DNA of 32,702 nt from a candidate division WOR-3 bacterium (GTDB lineage Bacteria > Hydrothermota > Tepidihabitantia > Tepidihabitantales > CAIPLT01): positions 1 to 32,702 of the forward strand of contig CBFGJZ010000018.1 in assembly GCA_965649215.1 (NCBI GenBank), read 5' to 3'. Position 1 is the first letter of the stretch, and every line of letters starts with the position of its first letter. Made by a program: the position numbers and the translations under genes. Positions 1 through 9,494 of this stretch are shown piece by piece. The notes beneath the pieces were generated by a model that was not told where the DNA came from, searched no databases, and saw nothing but the letters and a program-made list of their open reading frames with translations.

Positions 1-225
1 GGTTTAAATAATTGGGCAAGCGGTGATCGTACGACCATTGGTGGCGGAGAGTCTAATCATGCAAATGGTGAATTTTCAACTATTGGTGGAGGATTATTAA
101 ATGAAATTACTAATAATTATTCAACTGTAAGTGGAGGAACTTATAATACTGCCAGTGGTGTTTCTTCAACAGTAGGTGGCGGTTATGCTAATTCGGCGAG
201 CGGTTATTATTCAATGGTTGCTGGT
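1..225 (+). repeat. Five tandem 45-nt (15-aa) coding repeats, consensus GxxNxAxGxxSTVGG
   Basis: GLNNWASGDRTTIGG / GESNHANGEFSTIGG / GLLNEITNNYSTVSG / GTYNTASGVSSTVGG / GYANSASGYYSMVAG. Confidence 0.85.
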
Positions 226-894
226 GGCCGTGAAGATACATCTGCTGCACATTATAGTTTTACTACTAATTATGCTTCAAAAGTTCCTTCTGCATATAGT
301 AGTTCTGCAGCATTTAATGGTCAAACTGCATCGGCTTCTTCACAACTTCGTTGTGGTGCTTTGGTTGGTAATAGTAAGTCATTTCAAATTGACCATCCGC
401 TTGACCCCAATGGCAAGTTCTTAAATCACTTCTCAGTAGAATCACCAAAACTGCTTGTTACTTATGATGGTGTCGCAGTTATTGGCAATGATGGAAGAAT
501 AGTTGTCAATCTACCTGATTATTTTTCGGCTTTAACCAAAGAGCCAAGAATTCAACTCACGGGTGTTGGTTCACCTGATATTGTATATGTTGCAGAAGAT
601 ATTTCTAATAATCAATTCGTCATTGGTGGTAAACCAGGTATGAAAGTCTATTGGCAAGTTACTGCAGAAAGAAAAGATGTTTCTGCTGTAATTACTAAAA
701 TCTTAATGCCGGTAGAACAGGAAAAGACGGGTGAATTACGCGGTGTTTCTGCAGATGATAACTATCTGATGACTACACTGGACCAATTACAAGAGATGGG
801 CTATGGTAATAAGTTTAATTTCCGAACCGAACGCGGTCGTCAAAGATATGATAATATGAAAAGAATGGAACGAGAAGCTGAAATAAGACACTAA
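1..894 (+). CDS. 5'-truncated repeat-containing fibre/adhesin-like protein (beta-roll repeats plus a C-terminal FxIDHPLDP...ESP domain)
   Basis: Frame 1 is open from base 1 (GLNNWASGDRTTIGGGESNHANGEFSTIGGG...) into the tracked ORF 214..894, so the ATG at 214 is internal. C-terminal motif KSFQIDHPLDPNGKFLNHFSVESP...LPDYF...WQVTAERKD. Confidence 0.75.
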   Translation, partial: GLNNWASGDRTTIGGGESNHANGEFSTIGGGLLNEITNNYSTVSGGTYNTASGVSSTVGGGYANSASGYYSMVAGGREDTSAAHYSFTTNYASKVPSAYSSSAAFNGQTASASSQLRCGALVGNSKSFQIDHPLDPNGKFLNHFSVESPKLLVTYDGVAVIGNDGRIVVNLPDYFSALTKEPRIQLTGVGSPDIVYVAEDISNNQFVIGGKPGMKVYWQVTAERKDVSAVITKILMPVEQEKTGELRGVSADDNYLMTTLDQLQEMGYGNKFNFRTERGRQRYDNMKRMEREAEIRH

Positions 895-915
895 TAATTT
901 TAACTCTATTTTATT

Positions 916-946
916 AGGGCTTGAGCACACACAAAACTCAAGCCCT
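916..946. terminator. Intrinsic terminator hairpin between convergent genes
   Basis: Perfect 10-bp inverted repeat AGGGCTTGAG (916-925) / CTCAAGCCCT (937-946) followed by CTTTATTTTT on the + strand. It lies between the stops of ORF 1..894 and mutS. Confidence 0.8.
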
Positions 947-948
947 CT

Positions 949-3522
949 TTATTTTTCTAATTCTTTTTTTATTTTATCTAATAAGTTTAATGCTTGAATT
1001 GGCGTTAATTGCTCAATTTTCAGATTACGAATTTGCTCTAATAAAGGGTGTGAAATGGGAGTAAAGATTGATATCTGTAAATCTTTTTGGGTACCTAATT
1101 TACTTATACTCGCTTCTTCTTGCCTTTCAAAATATTGTAATACATCATTTGCGCGTTCAATTACCTCATCTGGCAATCCTGCAAGTTTCGCTACTGCAAT
1201 GCCATAACTACGATCTGCTTTACCTGGAACAAGTTTTCGCAGAAATATAATACTGTCTTCACTCTCCTTTGCTAAAAAGTTTAAATTTTTTACCCGAGGC
1301 AAGTATTGAACAATATCAGTCAATTCGTGATAATGAGTTGCAAAGAGTGTTTTGGGTTTTATCTTTTCATTTTGATGTAAATATTCAACGACTGCCCAAG
1401 CAATTGCTAAACCATCATAAGTCGCTGTACCTCTACCGATTTCATCTAAAATTACTAAACTTTTTGGTGTTGCATTATTTAAGATGTTAGCTGTTTCTGA
1501 CATTTCAGCTAAAAAAGTTGACACACCACGCGATAAATCATCAGATGCACCAATACGAGTAAATATTTTATCAACTACACCAATTTTTGCAGATTGAGCG
1601 GGTACAAATGAACCAATTTGCGCCATAATAACAATTAAAGCAACTTGTCGCAAATAAGTAGATTTTCCCGCCATATTGGGACCGGTAATTAATAAAATTT
1701 GATTGTTTGTAAGATCTAAAAAGGTGTCGTTTGGTATAAACGGCTCGGGTGTTAATCTTTCAATCACAGGATGGCGACCAGCAATTATTTCAATTCGATC
1801 CGAATTATCGACTTCAGGCTTTATATAATTATTATTGATTGCAACTTGAGCTAAACTACAAAGTACATCAAGTTCGGCAATTATTTGTGAAACTGATAAT
1901 ATTTTAGGTACTTCATTGGCAACAGATTTTCGTAATTCAGTAAACAACTCATATTCCAATGTTTTTATTCGTTCTTCTGCATTTAAAACTTTATTTTCAT
2001 ATTCTTTTAGCTCAGGAGTAATAAATCTCTCAGTATTAACTAAAGTTTGTTTTCGAATATAGTGTTTAGGTACTAAATTGAGATATGATTTCGTTATTTC
2101 AATGTAATAACCAAAAACTGAATTATAATTAACACGTAAATTAGGAATACCTGTCTTTTGACGCTCTTGAATTTGTAATTGTAGAAGATATTCTTTGGCA
2201 TTATTTGCAATATTTCTTAATTCATCTAATTCTTTTAAAAAACCTATTTTTATTAAACCACCTTCTGTGATGCTTAACGGTTGTTCCTCGTTAAGTGTTT
2301 TTTCTATTTGCTCAATAAGATTATTAAAATCATCAAGATGCTCCAAACAATTATGTAATAAGACACTATTTGTTTGATACAGTTGTTGCTTAATTAAAGG
2401 AATTTTTTTTAGCCAGTTTTTTAAGGCAATAATATCACGGCCATTTCCGCGTTCGACTGCAATGCGGGATGCATTACGTTCTAAATCGCCAATCTCTGAT
2501 AGAATTGAAGTTAGTTCTTTTAATATATATGTTTTATTAATTAATTCATTAATTGCGTCTTGCCGTTCTTTAATTTTTGTAATGTCTATTAAAGGTGTTA
2601 AAACCCAACGTCGAATTAAACGAGCGCCAATGGGTGTTTGAGTTCGATTAAGAATTGAAAGTAAAGTAGCTTGCGGAGAATTATCTCGTATCCTTTCCGT
2701 TAGTTCCAAATTCTTTCTTGTCATGCGGTCAATAAGCAAATAATCTTTTTCTTCATAGATAGAAATTTTATTAATATGGGGCAAAGTATTTTTTTGAGTC
2801 TCTTCTAAATAATAAAGTATTGCTCCCGCAGCTTGAATGGCTAATGTTTTTTCACTAATGCCAAATCCATCTAAATTTAAAACTTTAAAATGACGTGTTA
2901 ATTTGTCATAGGCAAATTCATACGAAAAATAATATTCATCTATTGAAGTAATAGCGATCTTATTGCCATCTTTGAATTGAAATTGGCATTTTTGATTAGT
3001 GGGCACTATAATTTCTTTGGGATCAATTTTTTGAATAGTTTCATTAAGAGATTGATAATTTATCTGACTGACATTAAATTCAGCAGTAGACAAATCAGCA
3101 AAAGCAAGACCACATTCAGTGTTATTACTAATGATTGCTAATAGAAAATTATTTTTGTCATTTTCTAATAAAGTCGGTCGAATGACGGTCCCTGGTGTGA
3201 TGACTTCAATAACATCCCTTCTTATTAATTTATTAATACCTGGTTGTTCTAATTGTTCACAAATAGCAACTTTAAAACCAGCGTTTACTAATCGAGCAAT
3301 ATAATTATCAATGGATTTAACAGGTACCCCCGCTAACGGAACTTTTGTCGATTTACCATGGGTTCTTGAAGTTAAGGTTAATCCCAATACTTGAGAACCG
3401 ATTTTAGCATCGTCATAAAACATTTCATAAAAATCACCCATTCGAAATAAAAGAATGGTATCCTTATAGCGTTCTTTTACCTTATGATATTGTTGTAGTA
3501 ATGGTGTCAATCGTTCTAACAT
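949..3522 (-). CDS. mutS: DNA mismatch repair protein MutS
   Basis: GDFYEMF mismatch-recognition motif, Walker A GPNMAGKS, STF, DEIGRGT, ATHYHEL, SYGI, and a C-terminal beta-clamp-like QISIF; 857 aa. Confidence 0.98.
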   Translation of the reverse strand: MLERLTPLLQQYHKVKERYKDTILLFRMGDFYEMFYDDAKIGSQVLGLTLTSRTHGKSTKVPLAGVPVKSIDNYIARLVNAGFKVAICEQLEQPGINKLIRRDVIEVITPGTVIRPTLLENDKNNFLLAIISNNTECGLAFADLSTAEFNVSQINYQSLNETIQKIDPKEIIVPTNQKCQFQFKDGNKIAITSIDEYYFSYEFAYDKLTRHFKVLNLDGFGISEKTLAIQAAGAILYYLEETQKNTLPHINKISIYEEKDYLLIDRMTRKNLELTERIRDNSPQATLLSILNRTQTPIGARLIRRWVLTPLIDITKIKERQDAINELINKTYILKELTSILSEIGDLERNASRIAVERGNGRDIIALKNWLKKIPLIKQQLYQTNSVLLHNCLEHLDDFNNLIEQIEKTLNEEQPLSITEGGLIKIGFLKELDELRNIANNAKEYLLQLQIQERQKTGIPNLRVNYNSVFGYYIEITKSYLNLVPKHYIRKQTLVNTERFITPELKEYENKVLNAEERIKTLEYELFTELRKSVANEVPKILSVSQIIAELDVLCSLAQVAINNNYIKPEVDNSDRIEIIAGRHPVIERLTPEPFIPNDTFLDLTNNQILLITGPNMAGKSTYLRQVALIVIMAQIGSFVPAQSAKIGVVDKIFTRIGASDDLSRGVSTFLAEMSETANILNNATPKSLVILDEIGRGTATYDGLAIAWAVVEYLHQNEKIKPKTLFATHYHELTDIVQYLPRVKNLNFLAKESEDSIIFLRKLVPGKADRSYGIAVAKLAGLPDEVIERANDVLQYFERQEEASISKLGTQKDLQISIFTPISHPLLEQIRNLKIEQLTPIQALNLLDKIKKELEK

Positions 3523-3543
3523 TATCTTAATTGATTTATTATG

Positions 3544-4569
3544 TTATTTTAAATGTTCGCTTAAGGATTCTAAAATATATTGTGCGTTATTTATTTCTTT
3601 ATTTTTAAGATATAATTTAGCAAGTTCAACTTGAATTGCGATTTCCTTCTTTTGTTCTAATGGCGCTTTATTTAAAATATCAATTGCATTTTGGTAATCT
3701 TCCTTCTTTTCATAAATTTCAGCTAAACTAAGATATAGTCCAATATCATTAGGTACTTTTTTTAATAATTTTTCATAGAAATTGCTAACTTGTTCGTATT
3801 GGTTTAAGTCATAGTAAGCTTGTTCTAAATGCTTTCTTACTAAATGGTTTTTTTCAGGGTAATAATTCAAAAACTCATTGTAGATTTCGATGGCAAGTTT
3901 AATCTCCCCTTTTTGGTAATAATAATTCGCTAAGTTGGTTAAAGCATCAATATTTTGATTATCTAAAGCCAAAGCTTGTTTAAAATATTTTGCCGATGTT
4001 TCTATATTTCGATTTAAAAGTTCTTTTCCTAAGTTTGCATAGTACTGAGCGATCTGCTTTTTATCATTTTGAATTTTTGTCATTTTTTTAATAAGCTCTT
4101 CTGCATCATTAAATCGTTCGGTTTTGAGGTAAAGCGAAAATAACATTTCGTAATTAGAAATATTATTTTTGTCAAGATTTATTAATTCCTCAAACATTGT
4201 TATCGCTTTTTGAAGTCGATTAACTGAACTATAGTATTTACCTAAATGTTGATAAACTCGTTTTTCTTCTTGGGGTGTTAAATTATGTCGGACCGCTAAT
4301 CGCTCGTATATTTTAGCAACTCGATCAGTATCTCCTTTTCGGGTATATAAATCGGCAAGTCGTAAATACGCATCAATATTATTAGAATCGACTGTAACTG
4401 ACTGTTTTAATAATTCAATTGCTTTATCAGTTTGACCATCAATAATTGCGGCGAGACCTTCAGTGTATGAAATAGCAACAGTCTTTTTCTTTTTTAAATA
4501 GTCTCTAATAACTGGAAAAACTGCTATTAATAAAATTAACAATAAAATAATAATTAAAATCAGCATCAT
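3544..4569 (-). CDS. lapB: Membrane-anchored TPR protein, LapB (YciM)-like
   Basis: N-terminal TM helix, YxxGL...DKAI...L...AYLxLADLYxxKG pattern and multiple TPRs; overlaps the LapA-like gene by 4 nt. No C-terminal rubredoxin CxxC motifs. Confidence 0.65.
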   Translation of the reverse strand: MMLILIIILLLILLIAVFPVIRDYLKKKKTVAISYTEGLAAIIDGQTDKAIELLKQSVTVDSNNIDAYLRLADLYTRKGDTDRVAKIYERLAVRHNLTPQEEKRVYQHLGKYYSSVNRLQKAITMFEELINLDKNNISNYEMLFSLYLKTERFNDAEELIKKMTKIQNDKKQIAQYYANLGKELLNRNIETSAKYFKQALALDNQNIDALTNLANYYYQKGEIKLAIEIYNEFLNYYPEKNHLVRKHLEQAYYDLNQYEQVSNFYEKLLKKVPNDIGLYLSLAEIYEKKEDYQNAIDILNKAPLEQKKEIAIQVELAKLYLKNKEINNAQYILESLSEHLK

Positions 4570-4874
4570 TCCTCCTTTTGGATTTTATCATCAAATGGTA
4601 AATTACGTAAAGCCGTTAATTCACTAAGTAATGCTTCATTAGCTTTTTTCTGTTGATGCAATTCGTGGCGTAATTTAATTTCACTTACTAACCAAAAGAA
4701 ACCAGCAACTAATAAACCAAAGATAAAACTATAAATCATAATGATTGATAGTGGTATATCATTATATGTACGATAGAAGATTTTAACATTTGAAATTATT
4801 GTATTGTTTTGTGATGCCAAAAACAACAAGAGGATACCAATAATAAATACAATAATAACTCTGATCACAGTCAT
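4566..4874 (-). CDS. lapA: LapA family (DUF1049) membrane protein
   Basis: Two TM helices with the QN motif and PLS...FIFG pattern, then a coiled-coil tail; directly upstream of the LapB-like gene. Confidence 0.75.
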   Translation of the reverse strand: MTVIRVIIVFIIGILLLFLASQNNTIISNVKIFYRTYNDIPLSIIMIYSFIFGLLVAGFFWLVSEIKLRHELHQQKKANEALLSELTALRNLPFDDKIQKEE

Positions 4875-6175
4875 TCTGCCTCCTTATTATTAATAATTTC
4901 ACCAATTGGTGTCCAACCAACAACATCTTTTATCTGACAATAATAAATTTTGCCTAAATTTAATGTTTGTTTAATTATTACTATTTTATTATTTCTTGTT
5001 CGTCCAAAAGATTGATTGTGATTATTGGATTCAATAAGTATTTCAACTTTTTTGTTAAGAAATTCACGGCTTTTCTTTTCAGTTATTTTGTTTTGGAGCT
5101 CGATGAGTTGTAATAAACGTTCTTTACTTATTTTATCATCTACTTTTGGAAATATTTCTCGAGCTTTAGTATAAGGACGTTCGGAATATCTAAACATATA
5201 AGCAAAATCAAACTCAACTTGTTTAATAACATCAAGCGTATCCTGAAAATCGGTATCTGTCTCGGTTGGGAAACCTACTAAAACATCAGTCGTCAAGGAA
5301 ATTTGTGGTATGACTTTCCGAAGCATTGCAATTGTATTTAAATATGATTGTTTAGTATAACCACGATTCATCAATTTTAAGATACGATCAGATCCTGATT
5401 GAAATGGAAGATGTAATTGAAGACACAATTTATCTATTTCTGTAAAACCTTGAATATAACGTTCAGTCAAATCTTTGGGATGAGAAGTGATAAAACGCAG
5501 TCGCTGATAACCTTCGATTTCATTCACGATCTTTAATAAAGAGAGAAAATCTAAATCTTGATCATGCCAAGCAAGTACATTTTGTCCTATCAAGGTAATA
5601 TCTTGAATACCTTGTTGGATGAGAAATTCAACTTCCTTTAGAATTTGTTTTAAAGATTTGGAACGTTCTCGTCCTCGCACATAAGGAACAATGCAATAAC
5701 TACAAAAATTATTACAACCACGCATGATGGAAATAAAACCATTTACGTGATTTTGTGGATAAGATAAAATACCCTCGTAATTTTCATCTGAGAAAGAGGT
5801 CGCAAATTGAGCTGTATGAGTATTTTGATAATTCCTTATTAAGAGGGGTAATTTTCGATATTCATCAGGGCCAGCGACAATATCAACACTATGAGATTTT
5901 ATCAATTGTTCTTGTTGACTTTGAGCCATACAACCAAGAATTCCTAAAATTAAGTGAGGATTATTTTTTTTTAATCTTCGTAGAAAATGATATCTTCCAA
6001 GCGCACGCTTTTCAGCATGTTCTCGGACAGCACAAGTTATAAGAAAAATTATATCTGCATCATTTTCGTTATCAACGGGGATATATCCAGCATCCATCAT
6101 AATTGAATTAACTAATCCAGCTTCATACATATTCATCTGACATCCGTATGTTTTTAAATAAAATTTGTTATTCAT
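4871..6175 (-). CDS. miaB: tRNA-2-methylthio-N6-dimethylallyladenosine synthase MiaB
   Basis: UPF0004 cysteines (TYGCQMN, TCAVRE, GCMAQ), radical SAM CNNFCSYC, RGRERS, FxYSxRP and a C-terminal TRAM domain. Confidence 0.95.
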   Translation of the reverse strand: MNNKFYLKTYGCQMNMYEAGLVNSIMMDAGYIPVDNENDADIIFLITCAVREHAEKRALGRYHFLRRLKKNNPHLILGILGCMAQSQQEQLIKSHSVDIVAGPDEYRKLPLLIRNYQNTHTAQFATSFSDENYEGILSYPQNHVNGFISIMRGCNNFCSYCIVPYVRGRERSKSLKQILKEVEFLIQQGIQDITLIGQNVLAWHDQDLDFLSLLKIVNEIEGYQRLRFITSHPKDLTERYIQGFTEIDKLCLQLHLPFQSGSDRILKLMNRGYTKQSYLNTIAMLRKVIPQISLTTDVLVGFPTETDTDFQDTLDVIKQVEFDFAYMFRYSERPYTKAREIFPKVDDKISKERLLQLIELQNKITEKKSREFLNKKVEILIESNNHNQSFGRTRNNKIVIIKQTLNLGKIYYCQIKDVVGWTPIGEIINNKEAE

Positions 6176-6177
6176 AA

Positions 6178-7395
6178 TTAAAATTCTCGGGACAATAAAG
6201 TCAATTGGTTGTCACCGATTGTGCGTAATAAATTTCGAACCGACACTATTTTATTGTTTTTGAGATAAACTCTTGGTACTCTTGGAGAAATGCGACAGAT
6301 AATCTCATAAGGAATTGTGTTTGCCCAATTTGCCAAATCGTAAGCAGTGATAGTTTCTCCATTTACAGTGCCTATCAATGTTACTATATCGCCAATATTG
6401 ATACCATTAATATTCGTCACATCAATCATTACTAAATCCATACAAATGTTACCGACAACTTTTGCCCGATAGGGCTTTGCAGATTTATTATTTTTTACAT
6501 TCACAATTACTTCACAATTTTGCATTGCATATGGAAATCCATCACCATATCCCGCAGTTATTACAGCAATAAGCGAATCACGATTAGTAATATATTTTCG
6601 ATCATAACTTATCGATTGTCCTTGTCTTACAAATCGTAAATTTACAATGCGACTACGTAACGACATAATTGGTGTTAATTGGCAATTACGGCATTCATTC
6701 AACAAATATTTGGGAGGAATACCATAAACTGCTAAACCTGGTCGAATCATGTCAAAATCAGCATTTGGAAAATTTAAAAAGCCAGCTGAATTTGAACTAT
6801 GTCTTAGAAAATTGGTAATACCAATTTTATGAAGTTTATCACAAAGATTAGCAAATTTGCCGATTTGTTCTCGAGTAAACTCAACATCATTATCCGCTGC
6901 TGGAAAATGAGTAAAGATTCCATCAATAATTAATGATTTATAATTAGCAATTTCTTGAATTTGTTCTAACGCTCGATCATAGTCTAAACCTGTCCTCCCC
7001 ATGCCGGTATCTACTTCAATATGAACATGCATATCGGCATTCTTTTTCTTAGTACTTTCATAGAGATGACGCGCGAAATCAATTTCACTAATTGTTGGTA
7101 TTAAATTATATTCCCATAAAGCATTAATTTCAAAATACGGAATTGGGCTAAGAATAAGAATCGGAATTTTCACTCCACTATATCTTAATGCAATTCCTTC
7201 TTCTACTCCAGCAACACCTAAGATATCAACTTTCTTTTCTAATTCTAAAGCAATTTCTTTGGCACCATGTCCATAAGCATCTGCTTTTATCGCTAACATA
7301 ATTTTTTTATTTGGACCTAAAGTTTGTTTAATTGTATCAAGATTTCGATTTAATGCATCTAAATCAATCTCAGCCCAGATTCGACCTAAATCCAT
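6178..7395 (-). CDS. alr: Alanine racemase
   Basis: AIKADAYGHG PLP-lysine motif, DTGMGRTG, THF, NSAG, RPG, GYGDG, GNICMD, TIPYEI. Confidence 0.97.
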   Translation of the reverse strand: MDLGRIWAEIDLDALNRNLDTIKQTLGPNKKIMLAIKADAYGHGAKEIALELEKKVDILGVAGVEEGIALRYSGVKIPILILSPIPYFEINALWEYNLIPTISEIDFARHLYESTKKKNADMHVHIEVDTGMGRTGLDYDRALEQIQEIANYKSLIIDGIFTHFPAADNDVEFTREQIGKFANLCDKLHKIGITNFLRHSSNSAGFLNFPNADFDMIRPGLAVYGIPPKYLLNECRNCQLTPIMSLRSRIVNLRFVRQGQSISYDRKYITNRDSLIAVITAGYGDGFPYAMQNCEVIVNVKNNKSAKPYRAKVVGNICMDLVMIDVTNINGINIGDIVTLIGTVNGETITAYDLANWANTIPYEIICRISPRVPRVYLKNNKIVSVRNLLRTIGDNQLTLLSREF

Positions 7396-7401
7396 AATTT
7401 G

Positions 7402-7430
7402 ATACTAAATTAAATTTTTATAAAAGTCAA
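7402..7430 (-). promoter_or_regulatory. Sigma70-type promoter of the alr operon, probably leaderless
   Basis: Minus strand TTGACT-17 nt-TAGTAT, then only 6 nt (CAAATT) before the alr ATG; no Shine-Dalgarno. Confidence 0.55.
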
Positions 7431-7468
7431 CCTCTTAACAGGATAAATAATTGAATAAAAAATGTATC

Positions 7469-8215
7469 TTAATGAATGGTATGCAGTCCAAACATAACTA
7501 AAAAACCCAATAAAATCGAGAAAAATTGTAATATGGATGATGATAATTTTGTCTCGTGTTGGAGTTCTGGTATTAAGTCAGAACCAGCAATATAGATAAA
7601 CCCACCGGCGGTAATAGGTAAAAGATAAGAAGCATAATTAAAGATGTGTGAGCCGATGATAAGTGAAACAATTGTCCCTAAAATCGCAGTTAACGCGGAA
7701 AGAAAATTATAGAGCAATGCTTTGGAAATTGGTAGTTTTCCGTAGATTAAAATACCGAAATCACCAATTTCTTGCGGTATTTCATGTAAAATGACTGCAA
7801 GTGTTGTGGTCAATCCAATAGGAATACTTATTAAATAACTGGCGCCAATAATCAATCCATCAATAAAATTATGTACTGCATCACCAACAATATTCATTAC
7901 TACAATTGGGTGTGGATGTTCATCACAGGTAACTAAGTGGCAATGTCGCCACCGTAAAAATTTTTCTAAAGCAAAGAAAATGGCAATTCCGGTTAATACT
8001 AATAAGGGTGTCATAAAGTTTATACCAAATCTGTCAAACGATTCCGGAATTAAATGAAGAAAAGCACTGCCAAATAATCCGCCAACCGCAAAACTAACTA
8101 AAAAAAGTAATATTTTCCTTAATTGTTCAATTTTGATAATAACAAAAAAAATACCAATTAAAGATATCAAACTGACAATAATGACACTGATAATTGCCCA
8201 TAACCAATTTGTCAT
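7469..8215 (-). CDS. ZIP family divalent metal transporter (ZupT-like)
   Basis: Multiple TM helices, HLIPE, HNFIDG and HEIPQEIGDF signatures, His/Cys-rich loop WRHCHLVTCDEHPHP. Confidence 0.93.
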   Translation of the reverse strand: MTNWLWAIISVIIVSLISLIGIFFVIIKIEQLRKILLFLVSFAVGGLFGSAFLHLIPESFDRFGINFMTPLLVLTGIAIFFALEKFLRWRHCHLVTCDEHPHPIVVMNIVGDAVHNFIDGLIIGASYLISIPIGLTTTLAVILHEIPQEIGDFGILIYGKLPISKALLYNFLSALTAILGTIVSLIIGSHIFNYASYLLPITAGGFIYIAGSDLIPELQHETKLSSSILQFFSILLGFLVMFGLHTIH

Positions 8216-8217
8216 AA

Positions 8218-8724
8218 TTAAATAAATCTTTCAAATCTTTCTTGACTTGCTTTACAAATTGGGCAAATTAAAGGAGGCTGATTACGCGCACATAAATAAC
8301 CACATACTTTACAACGCCAGATTGGTAAGGAAAATTCTAAATTTTTACTTATTTGAGATGTCTTATCTTTTAATTCTTCAAATTGTAATTTTCTTCGTTC
8401 TGGGATGGGACTTATTTTTTTTAGTCCTTTTAAAATTTCTTTTGAAACATATAAACCACAATAACAAGTTCCAAATTCTATTAGATCTTGATCGCGATAA
8501 TCACATGGACAAATGATATCTAAATCATATTTTTTTTCCCCTTGCGCAATTCGACAAGGACATGCTTGATAACCATAGCGTCTTTCATTAATAAGGAGAC
8601 CTTTAATTAATTCTTTTGTAAATTCGATATCGGGATTTAAATAATAACCGCTGTTTTTCGCTGTATCGCAAAGTTCTTTATATAATTTTTCTATATCTTC
8701 ATTATTAATGATAATATCAGTCAT
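8218..8724 (-). CDS. Ferredoxin:thioredoxin reductase catalytic-subunit homolog with C-terminal rubredoxin domain (FDR-like)
   Basis: CPC...CPC...CYC FTR motifs, then WRCKVCG...CPIC. Confidence 0.9.
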   Translation of the reverse strand: MTDIIINNEDIEKLYKELCDTAKNSGYYLNPDIEFTKELIKGLLINERRYGYQACPCRIAQGEKKYDLDIICPCDYRDQDLIEFGTCYCGLYVSKEILKGLKKISPIPERRKLQFEELKDKTSQISKNLEFSLPIWRCKVCGYLCARNQPPLICPICKASQERFERFI

Positions 8725-8998
8725 GAATAAGTTTATCTAATTTTTCTTGGTCATATCCTAAGATACAATCTTTGTTATTTATTACGATAGTTGGGAAAGA
8801 TAAACGCTCATTCCATTTTTTTAATTCACGCAAGGTTTGTTCACGTTCTTCTCCGCTTAATAAATCTACATCCACATAATCATAGGCAATTTGATGATCA
8901 GAAAAGAATTTTTTAGTTTTTTTACACCAAACACAAGTGCTTAAAGCAAAAATAAATATTTTGCCTTTATCTTTACCTGGCACATGAATAATTGCCAT
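8717..8998 (-). CDS. Glutaredoxin-like protein (CVWC, methanoredoxin/NrdH-like)
   Basis: STCVWCKK active site and SFPTIV cis-Pro motif; overlaps the FTR gene by 8 nt. Confidence 0.9.
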   Translation of the reverse strand: MAIIHVPGKDKGKIFIFALSTCVWCKKTKKFFSDHQIAYDYVDVDLLSGEEREQTLRELKKWNERLSFPTIVINNKDCILGYDQEKLDKLIHD

Positions 8999-9012
8999 TA
9001 TTCAACTTAAAT

Positions 9013-9477
9013 TTATTCTTGTTCTAACATTACTAAGTCAACGGGTTTTGGGCCTTTAACCGAAAGAAAAGCTGCGTGTTCATCTCCGATATTAGCAAAA
9101 GAATGAGGTATATCCATTTTACCTTCAATAACATCTCCGGCGGTTGCGATAATCTCTTTATTACCAACTTTGAATTTGATTTTTCCCTTCAGTACAAAAA
9201 ATATTTCATCGGTTGTCGGATGTTTATGAAGTGGTACCCTTTTACCAACCGGTAAATTATATATGTAAGGTGCTAATGATGAGTAATCACCAAAAAATGG
9301 ATTAATTTCAACTTCACTACCATAACTGACTTTTTGAGCATAATGAATATGAATTTGCTCAAAATCTTGAGCTACTTCCACAAATTTATCCTTGTTAGCT
9401 CCACAATTTGGACATTTTTCAGGTGGTTCCATACCTTCATGGATATATCCACAAACACTACAACGCCATTTTTTCAT
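9013..9477 (-). CDS. Rubredoxin-cupin fusion protein
   Basis: N-terminal WRCSVCGY...CPNCG short rubredoxin; C-terminal cupin with HKHPTTDE...G...H metal motif; SD AGAGGAG upstream. Confidence 0.85.
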   Translation of the reverse strand: MKKWRCSVCGYIHEGMEPPEKCPNCGANKDKFVEVAQDFEQIHIHYAQKVSYGSEVEINPFFGDYSSLAPYIYNLPVGKRVPLHKHPTTDEIFFVLKGKIKFKVGNKEIIATAGDVIEGKMDIPHSFANIGDEHAAFLSVKGPKPVDLVMLEQE

Positions 9478-9494
9478 AAATATCTCCTCTCTAG

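Noticed and set aside
176-424. 82-aa ORF in an alternative frame
   Set aside because: Overlaps the repeat-protein frame, which is open from base 1; no family features.
1068-3304. Four short plus-strand ORFs opposite mutS
   Set aside because: Antisense shadow ORFs with no RBS or motifs.
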